Assembly (NCBI GenBank): GCA_963827235.1
Contig: CAWHAE010000016.1
Span: forward strand, 672,001 to 736,000
Direction of reading: 5' to 3'
Source of the DNA: an uncultured bacterium
GTDB lineage: Bacteria > Chloroflexota > UBA5177 > JANWHV01
Length of the DNA: 64,000 bases
The translations under genes were made by a program, and so were the position numbers. Numbering within the stretch: position 1 is the stretch's first letter; each line of letters begins with the position of its first letter. The notes beneath the pieces were generated by a model. The model searched no databases, was not told where the DNA came from, and saw only the letters and a list, made by a program, of their open reading frames with translations. Positions 1 to 11,057 of the stretch are shown here, piece after piece.

Positions 1-597
1 GTGCGCCCTTCAGCGACCGTCATGTCCCCGGAAGGGGAGCTGGAGCTGCCCACGCTCGACGAGGATGTCAAGGAGTTGGACCAGGTAGTGCCCGTCGATT
101 ACTACGTGCCCGGCTGCGCGCCGCCGGTCCAGCTGCTCAAGGACGCGCTCGCCGCCATTTTGGAAGGCAAGCTGCCGCCAACAGGGGCGGTCCTGGCTCC
201 CGATATGGCCCTCTGTGCCGGCTGTCCCCGCGCCGACTCCAAGCCCGACAAACCGCTGATCGACCGCTACCGGCGGCCTCACTTGAGCGCGATAGATCCC
301 GACCTGTGCCTCCTCGCGCAGGGCTTTATATGCCTTGGGCCGGCGACACGTGCCGGCTGCGACTGGCCGTGCATCAAGGCCAACATGCCGTGCTCCGGCT
401 GTCTGGGGCCGGTGTCCCATACACGCGACTTTGGCGCAGCCGCCATGTCGGCCCTGGCCTCGCTCGTCAACTCGAACGAAGAGGCGACGATCGAGTCGGC
501 ACTGGAGGATATTCCCGACCCGGTCGGCACGTTCTATCGTTACGGCCTGCCGGCTTCCATGCTGTTCGCCAAGGCCGGCGCCAGCTCTCGGACCTGA
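1..597 (+). CDS. mvhG: [NiFe]-hydrogenase small subunit, group 3c (MvhG/VhuG-like), 5'-partial
   Basis: VDYYVPGCAP motif plus C-terminal Cys set (CAGCP, CLLAQGFICLGPATRAGC, CIKANMPCSGCLGP) and D-x-x-G-T-F-Y-R-Y tail typical of MvhG; directly upstream of a large subunit. Confidence 0.8.
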   Translation: MRPSATVMSPEGELELPTLDEDVKELDQVVPVDYYVPGCAPPVQLLKDALAAILEGKLPPTGAVLAPDMALCAGCPRADSKPDKPLIDRYRRPHLSAIDPDLCLLAQGFICLGPATRAGCDWPCIKANMPCSGCLGPVSHTRDFGAAAMSALASLVNSNEEATIESALEDIPDPVGTFYRYGLPASMLFAKAGASSRT

Positions 598-606
598 GGA
601 TTAGCC

Positions 607-2067
607 ATGATGCGACACATCGTCATCGATCCGATCACCCGCCTCGAAGGTCACGGCCGGATAGACGTCATGCTGAATGAGCAGGGCGAGGTCGATCGGG
701 CCTACCTCCGCATCCCAGAGCTACGCGGTTTCGAGAAGTTCGCCCAGGGCCGTCCGGCCGAGGACATGCCGCAGATTACCTCGCGTATCTGCGGGGTGTG
801 CCCGATGGCCCACCATATGGCAGCCACGAAGGCGCTCGACGATCTCTACCACGTCCAGCCGACCCCAGCCGGGCGAACCATCCGCGAGCTTGCCTACAAT
901 TCGTTCGTGTTCGAGGACCACGCCCTGCACTTCTATCTGCTAGGCGGGCCCGACTTCATCGTCGGTCCCGATGCTCCCAAGGCCGAGCGCAACATCCTGG
1001 GCGTCATCTCCAAGGTCGGCGTCGAGGTGGGCAAGCAGGTGATTGCCATGCGCCGCGAGGCCCGCGACCTCATCTCGCTCCTCAGCGGCAAGGTGATCCA
1101 CCCTGTGTTCGGACTTCCCGGCGGCGTCTCCCGCGCTGTTAAGCCCGAGGAGCAACAGCAGGCGATCGATGTTGCCAGGAAAGCCGTCGATTTCGGCGAG
1201 TTCACGCTCGGCATCTTCAACGACGTCGTGCTCAAGAACAAGCAGTACGTGGACATCATCAAGTCGGCTGGCTATACTCACCAAACCTACTACATGGGCC
1301 TGGTCGACGAGAACAACCACGTGAACTTCTACGACGGCATGCTCCGTGTCGTCACGCCGGATGGAAAGGAGTTCCTCAAGTTTCATCCGCGCGATTACCT
1401 CGCGCACATCGCAGAGCACGTGGAGCCATGGAGCTATGTCAAGTTCTGCTACCTGAAGGACATCGGCTGGCACGGCTTCGAAGAGGGAGCCGCCAGCGGC
1501 GTCTACGCGGTGGCACCGTTGGCACGTCTGAATGCCTCCGACGGCATGGCAACGCCTAAGGCGCAGGCCGCCTATGAGCAGTTCTTCGATGTACTGGGCG
1601 GCAAGCCCGTCCACCACACTCTGGCCAACCACTGGGCCCGCGTCATCGAGCTACTCAGTGCCGCGGAAATGATGCTCGAGCTGGCCCGGTCTCCCCTGCT
1701 GATCGACCCGAACATCCGCAACATTCCCACGGAGAAGCCGACCGAAGGCATCGGCGTCGTCGAAGCGCCGCGAGGCACGCTCTTCCATCACTTCACGACC
1801 GATGAGCGAGGCATCGTTAAGACCGCCAACCTTATCGTCGCCACGCAAAACAACGCCGCCCGCATCTCGATGTCCGTGGACCGCGCGGCCAAGGCCCTCA
1901 TCCACAAGGGCCAGGCAGATGACGGCCTGCTGAACATGGTCGAGATGGCATTTCGCGCCTACGATCCCTGCAACGGCTGCGCCACGCACTCGCTGCCGGG
2001 CCAGATGCCTATCCAGATTGCCATCTACGACCACCGGCACCGGATGGTCGGAGAGGTGGCTCGCTGA
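607..2067 (+). CDS. mvhA: [NiFe]-hydrogenase large subunit, group 3c (MvhA-like)
   Basis: DPITRLEGHG, L1 RICGVC, EAPRG, L2 DPCNGCATH followed by a cleavable C-terminal extension. Confidence 0.85.
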   Translation: MMRHIVIDPITRLEGHGRIDVMLNEQGEVDRAYLRIPELRGFEKFAQGRPAEDMPQITSRICGVCPMAHHMAATKALDDLYHVQPTPAGRTIRELAYNSFVFEDHALHFYLLGGPDFIVGPDAPKAERNILGVISKVGVEVGKQVIAMRREARDLISLLSGKVIHPVFGLPGGVSRAVKPEEQQQAIDVARKAVDFGEFTLGIFNDVVLKNKQYVDIIKSAGYTHQTYYMGLVDENNHVNFYDGMLRVVTPDGKEFLKFHPRDYLAHIAEHVEPWSYVKFCYLKDIGWHGFEEGAASGVYAVAPLARLNASDGMATPKAQAAYEQFFDVLGGKPVHHTLANHWARVIELLSAAEMMLELARSPLLIDPNIRNIPTEKPTEGIGVVEAPRGTLFHHFTTDERGIVKTANLIVATQNNAARISMSVDRAAKALIHKGQADDGLLNMVEMAFRAYDPCNGCATHSLPGQMPIQIAIYDHRHRMVGEVAR

Positions 2068-2134
2068 GCGCCGTAAGGCCAGGAGCTTGGTGCGCTCCTG
2101 GCCTTACCCTGCCGGACAAGAGGACTAGCTCGAC

Positions 2135-2614
2135 GTGATGCCATCCCACGCCGCTGAGAAAACCCTGGTGCTCGGTCTGGGGAACGAGCTGATGGCAGAC
2201 GACGCGGTGGGCATCGTCGTGGCGCGCAGGCTGCGCGGCTTGCTGGATGGGCGGGCAGACGTCCGCGAATCGTCGCTGCACGGCCTGGCGCTGCTCGAGT
2301 CCTTCCTTGGCTACGGACAAGCGCTGATCGTCGACGCCATGCAGACCGGCCGGTATCCGCCGGGCACGATCGTCGAGCTACGGCCCGAGGACCTCCGTCC
2401 GATCGACGTGCCGTCACCGCATTTCGCCGGCTTGCCAGAGCTGATTGAGCTTGCTCGTGCCCTGGAGCTGCCGTTCCCGGCTCGCATACGCATCCTGGCC
2501 GTGGAGGTGCGGGACACGGTCTCGGTCGGCGGAGCGATGACCCCAGAGGTCGGCGAGGCAATTGCCGAGCTCTGCGATCGCGCGCGCGGCATCGTGGTCG
2601 AGCTTGGCGCTTAA
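2135..2614 (+). CDS. Hydrogenase maturation endopeptidase (HycI/HyaD family)
   Basis: LVLGLGNELMADDAVG, IVDA and SPH motifs; follows large subunit. Confidence 0.9.
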   Translation: MMPSHAAEKTLVLGLGNELMADDAVGIVVARRLRGLLDGRADVRESSLHGLALLESFLGYGQALIVDAMQTGRYPPGTIVELRPEDLRPIDVPSPHFAGLPELIELARALELPFPARIRILAVEVRDTVSVGGAMTPEVGEAIAELCDRARGIVVELGA

Positions 2615-2667
2615 CTCAGGTGGAATGTCGACCGTCGAAGTCGCCCTCCCGGCGACCTGAGTAGCAC

Positions 2668-2694
2668 GGCTGCCGCGCCCGCTCGGCGGCAGCC
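2668..2694. terminator. GC-rich hairpin between convergent hydrogenase operons
   Basis: GGCTGCCGC-N9-GCGGCAGCC perfect 9-bp inverted repeat; no U-tract. Confidence 0.45.
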
Positions 2695-2718
2695 CGTCCG
2701 ATTGCCTGGTCCGGTGGG

Positions 2719-3186
2719 CTACGTCAATTCCCGCCGTAGCTCGTCCAGCACTGCCGTCACCAGTGGCGGCAGGGATGCTCGTACGGGCGGCGACAGGCCC
2801 TCGCCGAGCGAGAAATCGCCGCCTTCGACGCCGTGTATGACCAACCGGCCGGGCAGGCTGCTAAGTAGCCGCGAGAGCTCCACGGCCTCCCCTAACCCGA
2901 ATGCGTGACTGCCGCGGTAATGGCAGGCGGTAATCGGCGTCACCGAGGCGTCGAGCCGCACAAGCGTTCCCGGCGCAACGCCACTCCGCACGGCGTCGAC
3001 GACCAACACCACGCCGGCGCCGCACCAGGCGTCCATCAGCGCGGCACCTTCTCCGTCCAGCTCCAGCACGGTACAGCGATCACCGGCCTGCTGCCGTACC
3101 AGTCGTGCGGCCAGCAGGCCCAGGGCGTCGTCGCCACGATAGATATTGCCTATGCCGATTACCAGCGGCGCTCCGGCCCCACTCAC
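2719..3186 (-). CDS. Hydrogenase maturation endopeptidase of the group 3b operon
   Basis: [23 protein letters not shown] motifs; GTG start at 3186 overlaps the stop of the large subunit (GTGA). Confidence 0.9.
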   Translation of the reverse strand: MSGAGAPLVIGIGNIYRGDDALGLLAARLVRQQAGDRCTVLELDGEGAALMDAWCGAGVVLVVDAVRSGVAPGTLVRLDASVTPITACHYRGSHAFGLGEAVELSRLLSSLPGRLVIHGVEGGDFSLGEGLSPPVRASLPPLVTAVLDELRRELT

Positions 3187-4473
3187 TCGCGCCGGATCTC
3201 GACACGCAGGAAGTGCGTCGAGCAGGAAATGCAGGGATCGTAGTTGCGCACCGCCTGCTCGCACTGCCAGACGAGCTGATCCTCAGGCATATTCAGGCGC
3301 GAAGCCAGGAAGAGGCCCACGTCCTCCTCGATCGTCTTCTGATTCTGCGCCGTGGGCGGCACGATCGTGGCGTCGAGAATCGTGCCATCCGCGTCGATCG
3401 CATAGCGATGATAGAGGGTGCCCCGCGGCGCCTCCGTGCACGAGCAGCCGGTGCCGGCACGCGGCTCGACCTTGATCGCCGGCTGCTCCGGCTCGTCGTA
3501 GGCATCGATCAGCCTGATAGCCTCCTCGCAGGCGTACACCACCTCCACGGCGCGCACGATGATGCTACGGAAGGGATTGTTGCATGTTGGCCCAAGCCCT
3601 GCACCTGTCGCCGCTTCCTTCGCCAGCGGCGACAGGCGCTCGAAATTCAGGCTGTAGCGAGCCAGCGGCCCGACGTGATAGGCCCCGCGCTCACGCAGGT
3701 GCGAGTGCTTGGCCGTCGAGTGGCGGACGTGCTCCTCGATGAAGTACATCTCGTAGTCCTGCACGTCGATATCGAGGCCCTGGCTGGAGATCAGGCGGCC
3801 TTCTGTGATCGCGTACTCGTCGGGGTGGCTAAGGCTGACGAACTCGTAGTCGCGCTCGAGGTCGGGGAAGGTCAACCCCGCCGTCATCTTTACCGTGTCG
3901 AGCGCGGCCTCGAGCGCCCACTTCAGGTGCTCGCGCAGCGGCTCCAGCTCCTTCCGTCTCGGCACCCTGTAGAAGCCGCCGACGCGCACGTTGATCGGGT
4001 GGATCTCTCGCCCACCGACGATGTTGACGATCTCGTTGCCGATCTTCTTGAGCTGCAGACCGCGCTTGACCACGTCTCCGTGGTCCTTGGCCATGGAGAG
4101 CGCGTCCTGGTAGCCCAGAAAGTCGGGGGCGTGCAGGAGATAGATGTGCAGGACGTGGCTCTCGATCCACTCGCCGCAGTAGAGCAACCGTCTCAGCGCA
4201 GCGGAGCGGCTCCGGCACCCTGACGCCGCACGCCGCCTCCATAGCCTGCACCGCGCACATCTGGTAGGCGACCGGGCATATGCCGCAGATGCGCGCCGTG
4301 ATGTCGGGTGCCTCGGTGAAGGCGCGACCGCGCAGCATCGCTTCGAAGAAGCGAGGCGGCTCATAGAAACGAAGCTTCACGTCCTGCAGCACATTGCCCT
4401 TGATCTGGATGGTGAGAGCACCTTCGCCCTCGACCCGCGCTAGCTGGTCGACCTGTATCGTTCTAGTGCTCAT
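3183..4473 (-). CDS. hyhL: [NiFe]-hydrogenase large subunit, group 3b (HyhL/sulfhydrogenase alpha); one extra base near 4200 splits the frame
   Basis: N-part LARVEGEG...[10 protein letters not shown] in ORF 3829..4680 (ATG 4473) continues as [15 protein letters not shown]...EAPRG...DPCISCSTH in ORF 3183..4364. Confidence 0.88.
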
Positions 4474-5242
4474 GCGCCCTGCTCTCTTCCTTGAACGGCG
4501 CCGCATTGGCATTGAAGGTGCGGAATACACGCATGATGCCGCTCTCTGCAACCCCCAGATTGCTCCAGCACTGCGCCAGCGACCCCGTGTTGGCCGTTTC
4601 CTGTGGCCCAAAACAGCCGAAGCAGCCACGGTTATAGGTCGGGCAGAGGCCGCCGCACCCCGCTTGGGTGACAGGCCCAAGACATGGCGTGCCCTGCGAC
4701 ACCAGCACGCAGGGAGTGCCCTTCAGCTTGCATTCCACGCAGACGCTGTAGGCTGGAATGATCGGCCGGCGCCCATTCAAAAACGCGTTGATCACCTCGA
4801 CGAGCTGCAGCTTGTTGATCGGGCAGCCGCGCAGCTCGAAGTCGACCGGCACGTGGTCGGCGATCGCCGTCGACGTGCTCAAGGTGTCGATGTATTGCGG
4901 GCTGGCGTACACGGTGGAGATGAAGCCCTGCACGTCTTTGAAGTTGCGCAGCGCCTGGATGCCGCCGGAATTGGCGCAGGCGCCGATAGCCACCAGGAAG
5001 CGCGAGCTCCGGCGCACCTCCTTCACCCGCACGACGTCGTGCGGCGTGGTCACCGAGCCTTCGACCAGCGACAGGTCGTAGGGGCCGCGTGCCACGGCGC
5101 GAGAGGCCTCGGGAAAGTTGGCGATGTGCACCTGGCCGGCCACCGCCAGCAAAGCGTCCTCGCAATCGAGGAGACTGAGCTGGCACCCGTCGCACGAGGC
5201 GAACTTCCACACCGCGACTTTAGGCAGGCGTTGTTGTGCCAT
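4463..5242 (-). CDS. hyhS: Group 3b hydrogenase small (delta) subunit
   Basis: [44 protein letters not shown]. Confidence 0.88.
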   Translation of the reverse strand: MAQQRLPKVAVWKFASCDGCQLSLLDCEDALLAVAGQVHIANFPEASRAVARGPYDLSLVEGSVTTPHDVVRVKEVRRSSRFLVAIGACANSGGIQALRNFKDVQGFISTVYASPQYIDTLSTSTAIADHVPVDFELRGCPINKLQLVEVINAFLNGRRPIIPAYSVCVECKLKGTPCVLVSQGTPCLGPVTQAGCGGLCPTYNRGCFGCFGPQETANTGSLAQCWSNLGVAESGIMRVFRTFNANAAPFKEESRAHEH

Positions 5243-5243
5243 C

Positions 5244-6113
5244 TCAAATCTCCCGCTTCGCCAGCAGATGGGCCACCTGGTCGAGACGGTAGATCGGCCC
5301 GTTCTTGCAGACAAACGTCGGCCCGAACTGGCAATGACCGCACAGCCCGATGCCGCATTGCATGTTCAACTCGATCGAGAGGTAGATCCGCTCATCGCGC
5401 ACTCCGAGCTCCTGCAGGTCCCGGGCGCTGTAGCGCATCATGATGTCCGGTCCGCAAATCATGGCGATAGTGGAAGCCGGGTCGAAGTGCGCTCTGGGGA
5501 TGAGCGTCGTTACCACGCCAACGCCGCCGCGCCACACCGGCCACGCCGTGGTGGCGTTGTCCACGGTAACGGCGACGTCGAGGTCGAGCCGTCCTCGCCA
5601 GCGTTCCAGCTCCTGGCGGAACAGCAGATCGGCCGGCGTGCGGCTTCCGTAGAGCAGCGTGATTCGCCGGTAGCGATCGCGGTGAGCCAGCATGTAGTAG
5701 AGGGCGGGGCGCAATGGGGCCAGCCCAATGCCGCCGGCCATGAGCACGACGTCGTGATCAACGGCCTCCTCCATCGGCCAGGCACTGCCGAATGGGCCGC
5801 GCACGCCGATCATCTCGTCGCGCTTCACGTCGGTGAGCGCTTTCGACACTGGGCCGACGGCACGAATCGTCTGCACCAAGGGATCGGAGCGCGTGGGGTC
5901 GCCGGAAACGGAGATCGGCACCTCGCCGACGCCAAACGCGTAAAGCATCGTGAATTGGCCGGGCCGGTAGACGAGCCCCTGGCCATCGAGCGCGTGCAGG
6001 TCCAGTGTAAAAGTATCCGCGGTGTCCTTGTGCACCCGTGCCACCACGTAGGGCCGCGGCAGCATAGGCTCCTGCGCCTCGGCAGGTCGAGCTTCCAGCA
6101 TAGTGGTACTCAC
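5244..6113 (-). CDS. hyhG: Group 3b hydrogenase gamma subunit (FAD/NAD(P)-binding, 2Fe-2S)
   Basis: [36 protein letters not shown]...CKNGP. Confidence 0.88.
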   Translation of the reverse strand: MSTTMLEARPAEAQEPMLPRPYVVARVHKDTADTFTLDLHALDGQGLVYRPGQFTMLYAFGVGEVPISVSGDPTRSDPLVQTIRAVGPVSKALTDVKRDEMIGVRGPFGSAWPMEEAVDHDVVLMAGGIGLAPLRPALYYMLAHRDRYRRITLLYGSRTPADLLFRQELERWRGRLDLDVAVTVDNATTAWPVWRGGVGVVTTLIPRAHFDPASTIAMICGPDIMMRYSARDLQELGVRDERIYLSIELNMQCGIGLCGHCQFGPTFVCKNGPIYRLDQVAHLLAKREI

Positions 6114-6119
6114 AGAACG

Positions 6120-7313
6120 TCATCCCCCAGTCTGCAGGACGGCTTCTTCGAGCTCAGCGATCCGGCTCGCCGCGGACACGTCTTGCCGCATCGCGCGCAC
6201 CTCTTCGGTGATGTCGATGCTTACCGGACACCAGGTGATGCAGCGGCCGCAGCCAACGCAGCCCGGTACGCCAAACTGATCGATCCACGTAGCAAACTTA
6301 TGCGTCAACCATTGACGATAGCGCGCCTTGACCGATCGACGCACGCTGCCGCCATGGATGTACGAGTAGTAGATGCTGAAGCACGACGCCCAGACGCGAT
6401 GCCGTTCTGCCTGCCCGCCCTTGAGGTCAGTGCTATCCTCGACTGACATGCAGAAGCAGGTAGGGCACACCATGGTGCAGTTGGCGCAGCTCAGGCAGCG
6501 CTCTGCCACGATGTCCCAATGCGCGTGATCGTGGTTGGCGTACAGGAACTCCTGCAGGCCGTCGAGGTCCACCGATCGCCCCATCGACTGCGCGGCATGC
6601 GCGATGGCGGCCGCGGCGGACCGTCGCTCCACCTCGTTAGCAGCGCGGTGCGGCAACTCACGCAACACCTCGCGCCCCATGGGGGTCCCGGTCTCGACCA
6701 CGAAGTAGTGACGCTCCCCCTCCAGCACCTCCGTGAGTGCCAGGTCAAAACCCGTGGTCGCCCGCGGTCCCGTATGCATGGAGGCGCAGAAGCACGTCCC
6801 GCCCGCCTGCCCGCAGTTCACTGCCACGATGAAGGCGCCACCACGGCGCTCGCCGTAGATAGGATCCTTATACTGCCCCTCCAGAAAGACCTTGTCGTGA
6901 ATAGCCACGGCCTGCAGCTCGCAGGCGCGCACGCCGATGAACGCCATCTTCTCCGCTGGAGGATCGTCCTGGTGGAAGGTAAGCACGCCGTTATCGCGCC
7001 GCGCGCGCATGAGACTGACTCGCGGCGGCCAGAGCAGCTTCTTCCAGGAGTGAGGTCCAACGGTGTAGCCGAAGAGCGCGCCGTCTCCACGGCGCGCCAG
7101 CCGATACGTGCCTGCATCCTGCTCGTCGGTCCAGCCCACGGGCAGGTCGTCCAGCGTGGTAAGGTCACCGTAGACGATGGTGCCGTCGCGAATAGTCGGC
7201 CCAACCAGGGCATATCCGCGCGCTACCAACGCCTGGAAAAGCGCCGCCAGGTCGCCGCGCTCCACAACGGCCGGCTCGCTTCCATCCGGTGCGTTTGACA
7301 AGACAGACGACAT
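6120..7313 (-). CDS. hyhB: Group 3b hydrogenase beta subunit (4Fe-4S dicluster, AsrA-like)
   Basis: [16 protein letters not shown] and [12 protein letters not shown]; RBS GAGGAGG upstream. Confidence 0.88.
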   Translation of the reverse strand: MSSVLSNAPDGSEPAVVERGDLAALFQALVARGYALVGPTIRDGTIVYGDLTTLDDLPVGWTDEQDAGTYRLARRGDGALFGYTVGPHSWKKLLWPPRVSLMRARRDNGVLTFHQDDPPAEKMAFIGVRACELQAVAIHDKVFLEGQYKDPIYGERRGGAFIVAVNCGQAGGTCFCASMHTGPRATTGFDLALTEVLEGERHYFVVETGTPMGREVLRELPHRAANEVERRSAAAAIAHAAQSMGRSVDLDGLQEFLYANHDHAHWDIVAERCLSCANCTMVCPTCFCMSVEDSTDLKGGQAERHRVWASCFSIYYSYIHGGSVRRSVKARYRQWLTHKFATWIDQFGVPGCVGCGRCITWCPVSIDITEEVRAMRQDVSAASRIAELEEAVLQTGG

Positions 7314-7386
7314 TCTGCCGCCTCCTCACTGTATCGAGCGCCGTACTCATGACTGTGGCGATCGTATCACTCCAGAGGCGCGTAAC

Positions 7387-7404
7387 TAGAGCCTAATGGC
7401 CCTG
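7387..7404. promoter_or_regulatory. DosR/NarL-like imperfect palindrome upstream of hyh operon
   Basis: TAGAGCCTAATGGCCCTG resembles GGGAC-N4-GTCCC. Confidence 0.35.
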
Positions 7405-7566
7405 CCGTTCTGGTACTGGTTGCCCCTAGCACGGTGCCGAACAGAACGCCGGCACCTGTCGCACAGGATCAGCAGCCTGCGGCCATCTGCCCCGGTAGCG
7501 AAAAACGTACGCGGCTCGCAGCTTACCCAAGCTGGTTGAGTGGCCCGGCGCACTCGCGGACCCTGG

Positions 7567-8052
7567 TCAACGGTCCGGCAGCCGGTTCAGTATCCAGTCG
7601 ACTACCTGAGGAACCGCCCCGGCGACGGATGGCGAGAGCGACTCGCCGATCGCGAGAGACTCGGCTCCTACCGTGCACAACCAGGCCCGAGGCTGATGCC
7701 CGAACAGCAAACGTGCCGACCCCAGCAGCATCTCAGGCGTACAGTGGTGGACAAAGACCGGCATACTGTCAACGCGACCTGAGGCAGCAAGCCTGTCGTA
7801 CTTGACGGTGCCCGGAGCGAGCTCCGCACTGGCGTCTACGAAGATCACTCCGTCGGCGCGGCTGATCGGCTCGGAGAGCTCTGGGGTAAGCTGGTTCGCC
7901 GAGATGACCTCCACGGCTCGGGTGCCGGCGCGTTCGAGCACTTGCTCGACGATATCGCGGCCGATCCGGTCGTCGGAACGCAGCAGACTGCCGTAGCCAA
8001 TCACCAGCCACATGCGGGACCCCCGCGGCAGCGGCGGTCCTGCGCGGCCCAT
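7567..8052 (-). CDS. hoxW: Hydrogenase maturation endopeptidase (HoxW-like); start 8052 or 8013
   Basis: LVIGYGSLLRSDDRIG, QLTPEL, FVDAS, HH motifs; downstream of hoxH. Confidence 0.85.
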   Translation of the reverse strand: MGRAGPPLPRGSRMWLVIGYGSLLRSDDRIGRDIVEQVLERAGTRAVEVISANQLTPELSEPISRADGVIFVDASAELAPGTVKYDRLAASGRVDSMPVFVHHCTPEMLLGSARLLFGHQPRAWLCTVGAESLAIGESLSPSVAGAVPQVVDWILNRLPDR

Positions 8053-8321
8053 GAGCGACTTGGCAGGTCAATTGGTCGCCGCCGAGGCGGGCCGAACGGC
8101 ACTCGTCCTCGAGTACCAGGCCGGACGCTTGCCCACTGACCCGGCACACACGCCGGCTTGGCCGGCGAGCGCGTGCCACGAATGATCACCTGCCGCCTCC
8201 TTCCTGTTCCGCCGCAGCCCACACCAATAGTAGATCAAGCCCGGTGTGCTCTTCGTGCATGCCGACGACTCATCCGGCCGTGGCCGGAGAGCTTCGATGG
8301 TACCTGCCGGATCAGACAAGC

Positions 8322-8367
8322 GTCGGGGCAGAGCCGGCGGGCACGTACCCGCCGGCTCTGCCCCGAC
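8322..8367. terminator. Perfect 20-bp stem hairpin 3' of hoxH
   Basis: GTCGGGGCAGAGCCGGCGGG-cacgta-CCCGCCGGCTCTGCCCCGAC. Confidence 0.7.
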
Positions 8368-8404
8368 TGTCACGCCGGCGTCGTACCGGCGCTCATGGAA
8401 TCCG

Positions 8405-9820
8405 CTATTCCCGGGTGAGCTCCTCTACGACCGCGCCGTCCGGCGCGACCAGCTGCACCTGCATCGGCATATGCCCGACTGCGTGCGTCGAGCAGCTCAG
8501 GCAGGGATCGTACGTGCGGATCACCGCCTCGATGCGATTGAGCATCCCTTCGGTGGCGTGGCCGCCCTTGATGTAGTGCTGAGCAGCCTGCTTGACTCCG
8601 GCGTTCATCGCCAGGTTGTTGTGGCCGGTAGCAATAATCAGATCGACGTAGGTGATCAGGCCGTTCTCGTCGATCTTGTAGTGGTGCATGAGCGTGCCTC
8701 GCGGCGCCTCAGACACGCCGATGCCCTCGTAGGAGTTCGGCGAGGCGTGCGCGCGAACGTGCTTGCTGAGTATCTCCGGGTCTTCGAGCAGCTGCTGAAT
8801 CTTCTCGAACGCGTAGAGGATCTCGATCAGCCGCGCATAGTGGTAGTTGAACGACGCACGGTGATCGAGCTGCTTGAATGTAGCCAACCACTTGTCGGCA
8901 CGAGGCGTGCCGCACCGTGTGGCCATGTGCAACCGGGCCAGAGGCCCAACGCGGTACATGCCGTCGGGAAAGCCGAGCGGCTTGTAGTACGGAGACTTCA
9001 GGTAGCTGTGCGGTGTATCAGTCTCGCCGATAATGGTTCTGAAGTCATGCGGGTCGAGCCTCTCCACTACCGGCACATTGCGATCGTCGACCACGCGGAG
9101 CCAGCCGTCGTATGTCTCCAGCTCGCCCTCGTCGCCAACCAAGCCCAGGTACAGCCCGGGGAAGTGGGCAAAGACGGAGATCTCCTCGCGGAAGCGCTCG
9201 AGCTCCGGCGTGAACCACTTCAGCGTGGCCTCGGCCCTGGTAATCGCCTCCGGCATCATGGCCAGGATGGTGTCCCGGTCGTCGACGGAAAGCGGCTTGT
9301 TCACACCGCCTGGAACACACCATCCTGGGTGGATACGCTTGCCGCCCAGAATCTCGATGATTGTCTGCCCTATCTGGCGCAGCCGAATGCCGTCCTTCGC
9401 CAGGTCCGGGTGCTTCTGGGCGACGCCCACGATGTTGCGTAACGCCGGATCGGCGTCCATGCCCAGCAACAGATCGGGGGACGACAGGTAGAAGAAGCTG
9501 AGGGCGTGAGACTGCGCGATCTGCGCCAGATTCATGACCCTGCGAAGATTCGCTGCCGTGGGAGGAATGCGAACCGAAAGCAGGTTGTCGCAGGCCTTGG
9601 CCGATGCCATCAGATGGCTCACCGGACAGATGCCGCAGATTCGCGCCATGAGCGACGGCATCTCGTGGAAAGGCCGCCCCTCCGCGAATCTCTCGAATCC
9701 ACGAAGCTGCGTGACGTGAAACAACGCGTCCTGTACCTCGCCCGCATCGTCGAGCTGGATGGTTATCCGTGAATGACCCTCGATACGGGTTACGGGGTCT
9801 ATGACGATTTCTTTGCTCAT
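8405..9820 (-). CDS. hoxH: Bidirectional [NiFe]-hydrogenase large subunit, group 3d
   Basis: [40 protein letters not shown] plus extension. Confidence 0.93.
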   Translation of the reverse strand: MSKEIVIDPVTRIEGHSRITIQLDDAGEVQDALFHVTQLRGFERFAEGRPFHEMPSLMARICGICPVSHLMASAKACDNLLSVRIPPTAANLRRVMNLAQIAQSHALSFFYLSSPDLLLGMDADPALRNIVGVAQKHPDLAKDGIRLRQIGQTIIEILGGKRIHPGWCVPGGVNKPLSVDDRDTILAMMPEAITRAEATLKWFTPELERFREEISVFAHFPGLYLGLVGDEGELETYDGWLRVVDDRNVPVVERLDPHDFRTIIGETDTPHSYLKSPYYKPLGFPDGMYRVGPLARLHMATRCGTPRADKWLATFKQLDHRASFNYHYARLIEILYAFEKIQQLLEDPEILSKHVRAHASPNSYEGIGVSEAPRGTLMHHYKIDENGLITYVDLIIATGHNNLAMNAGVKQAAQHYIKGGHATEGMLNRIEAVIRTYDPCLSCSTHAVGHMPMQVQLVAPDGAVVEELTRE

Positions 9821-9831
9821 CGGTCTCCCCC

Positions 9832-10347
9832 TCAGGCGCCGAACACGGTAAGCGCGTTCACGTCTGGCTGTCGTCCCGCCAACAGGTCCTGCAGGACCGC
9901 GAAGATGGTGTCGGCAGAAGGCGGGCAACCCGGCACGAACACGTCGACCTTAACGGCGGTGTGGACAGGCTGGGCGAGAGGCAGGAGCACGGGCACGTGG
10001 CTGGGCTGGAAGCCCTTGCTCACGCGCTCCATGATATTCTTCACGCCAACCGGATTGCGCATGGACGGCACATTGGCCGTCACCGCGCAGTCGCCGAGCG
10101 AGACCAGCACCTTGGTGCGTTCGCGGATCATGCGGATCTTGTGCAGATCCTCCTCACTGCTGATCGCACCCTCGACGAGCGTGATGTCCACGTCGTTCGG
10201 GAACACCTTGAGATCGACCAGCGGGCTGTACACGATGTCCACCTCGGCCACGACGTCGAGCAGCCGCTCGTCCATGTCCAGGAACGACATGTGGCACCCC
10301 GAGCAGCCGTCGAGCCAGACCGTGGCAAACTTCTTCCGGTCGCTCAT
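9832..10347 (-). CDS. hoxY: Bidirectional hydrogenase small subunit
   Basis: [21 protein letters not shown]; short single-cluster form. Confidence 0.93.
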   Translation of the reverse strand: MSDRKKFATVWLDGCSGCHMSFLDMDERLLDVVAEVDIVYSPLVDLKVFPNDVDITLVEGAISSEEDLHKIRMIRERTKVLVSLGDCAVTANVPSMRNPVGVKNIMERVSKGFQPSHVPVLLPLAQPVHTAVKVDVFVPGCPPSADTIFAVLQDLLAGRQPDVNALTVFGA

Positions 10348-11051
10348 TCTCTCACTCCTCGCATTTCGGCCAGGTATACGAGGAAGTCAGCCTGTTTGAC
10401 CATCTCGCCCGCGGCCTTGCCCTTGTGGAACAGCGCGCCCGTTGGGCACGCCTGCACGCACTTGCCGCAGCTTGTGCAGCTCGGTGATTCGCCCCATGGC
10501 TGGCCGAGGTCGGCCATCACCATGGACTCGATTCCGCGGCCCATGATCTCCCATGTCCTGGCGCCTTCGACTTCCTCGCAGGTCCGCACGCAGCGCATGC
10601 AGAGAATGCAGCGGTTGGCATCGAAGCTGAACATCTCGTGTGAGGCGTCGACCGGGCGCCTGGGATAGCGGTACGGCAACGTGATATGCTCGATGCCAAG
10701 GCGATAGGCCATCGACTGCAGGCTGCAGTGTCCATTGGACACACAGACGGAGCAGATGTGGTTGCCTTCTGTGAAGAGCATCTCCACGATAATGCGGCGG
10801 TACCTGGAAAGGCGTTCGGACTCGGTAACAACCACCATGCCTTCGTGGACCAGCGTGACGCAGGCCGGCAGGAGCTTGTTCGAACCCTGAACTTCGCACA
10901 CGCAGAGCCGGCAGGCGCCGACATTGGTGATGCCGTTCTTGTGGCAGAGCGTCGGTATGTACATGTGGTGAGCGCGCGCGACCTGGAGAATGGTCTCGTC
11001 GTCGCGACCGCTCACTTCCTGGTCGTTGATGGTTAGCGTAACGACGCGCAT
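10344..11051 (-). CDS. hoxU: Diaphorase Fe-S subunit
   Basis: IPTLC, GACRLC, HICSVC, CILCMRCVRTC, CTSCGKCVQACP. Confidence 0.93.
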   Translation of the reverse strand: MRVVTLTINDQEVSGRDDETILQVARAHHMYIPTLCHKNGITNVGACRLCVCEVQGSNKLLPACVTLVHEGMVVVTESERLSRYRRIIVEMLFTEGNHICSVCVSNGHCSLQSMAYRLGIEHITLPYRYPRRPVDASHEMFSFDANRCILCMRCVRTCEEVEGARTWEIMGRGIESMVMADLGQPWGESPSCTSCGKCVQACPTGALFHKGKAAGEMVKQADFLVYLAEMRGVRE

Positions 11052-11057
11052 CAGGGC

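Noticed and set aside
4190-4210. Programmed frameshift or selenocysteine recoding in the hydrogenase genes
   Set aside because: No slippery sequence; all metal-binding positions use ordinary Cys codons
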